Assembly (NCBI RefSeq): GCF_022045235.1
Contig: NW_027266269.1
Coordinates: 6,386,001 to 6,450,000 of the forward strand
DNA: 64,000 nt
Direction: 5' to 3'
From: Haliotis cracherodii
Taxonomy: Eukaryota
Part shown: piece by piece, positions 63,598 through 64,000 of the stretch
Layout: every line of letters begins with the position of its first letter
Position numbering within the stretch: the first letter of the stretch is position 1
The notes under the pieces: generated by a model
What the model was told of the DNA's origin: nothing
The model's database searches: none
What the model saw: only the letters and a program-made list of their open reading frames with translations
Translations under genes and position numbers: made by a program

Positions 63598-63990
63598 TTA
63601 GTTCTCGCTATCGCTGAACAAAGATCTGAGGACATCCTATTACGGGTCCTCAGAACGACCTTTCATCCGACCAATCATGAAAGTGACAGGCGGAATTTTT
63701 TTTCTAATCATGCAACCTAGAAAACGTTAACACGCGGTATTCCGAACGACAGTTACGGTCCGTACGACTGATTCGTCAAAATTAGCTTTTATCTCTCGCT
63801 TCCTTGGGATAAACATTTGAACGGAGAAGGCGTTGCACAGTGCGTGGGAAGCACTGCCATACAATCGCAACCACATATTAGACATTCCGGAATGTTCGAT
63901 TGTTCAGTTTTCAAAATTTTAATCGAGAACTGTTTCAACATATTTTTCAAACGTAGTTTGAAATGGAAGTCGCCAGGTAAGCTCAAGTGA
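63598..63990 (-). mobile_element. Possible helicase-type (AcademH-like) transposon end with a RecQ-like N-terminal remnant
   Basis: Minus-strand peptide QFSIKILKTEQSNIPECLICGCDCMAVLPT resembles the RecQ motif 0/I lead-in (F.i..Lk.eQ..i...l.G.D...vLPTG.GKS) but lacks GxGKS. Confidence 0.35.
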
Positions 63991-64000
63991 GTGAGTGCCG

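Overview
This is AT-rich, repeat-dense eukaryotic genomic DNA. The SINE/LINE families point to a gastropod mollusc, probably abalone-like (inference). The main content is two tandem + strand paralogs of a multi-exon Schlafen (SLFN)-like gene that the ORF track shows only in fragments. Copy A contributes its last four exons (101-5411). Copy B (~20.4/26.0-45.9 kb) can be assembled from phase-compatible GT-AG exons. It encodes a SLFN RNase core (AlbA_2-type, E-x4-E-x-K motif intact), short phase-1 linker exons, a SWADL-like linker domain, a truncated helicase-like segment with decayed Walker A/B, a helical/coiled-coil exon, and a ~830-aa low-complexity tail with 11 x 48-aa repeats that copy A lacks. 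In copy B a +1 frameshift and stop at ~27,096-27,107 separates the RNase core from the rest, and an in-frame Kozak-context ATG follows at 27,118. The remainder is mostly transposon-derived: Nimb/I-clade LINE relics; at least four SINE-type families sharing the Nimb 3' tail, one a tRNA-less bipartite element whose structured 5' end matches the LINE 5' end; L2/CR1-group and Tx1/L1-like LINEs; Penelope-like fragments; Tc1/mariner elements (one cleanly nested in a LINE); a TTAA-flanked TIR element; and a 21-bp minisatellite with an inverted arm. All family calls come from motif recognition by eye; no searches were run.
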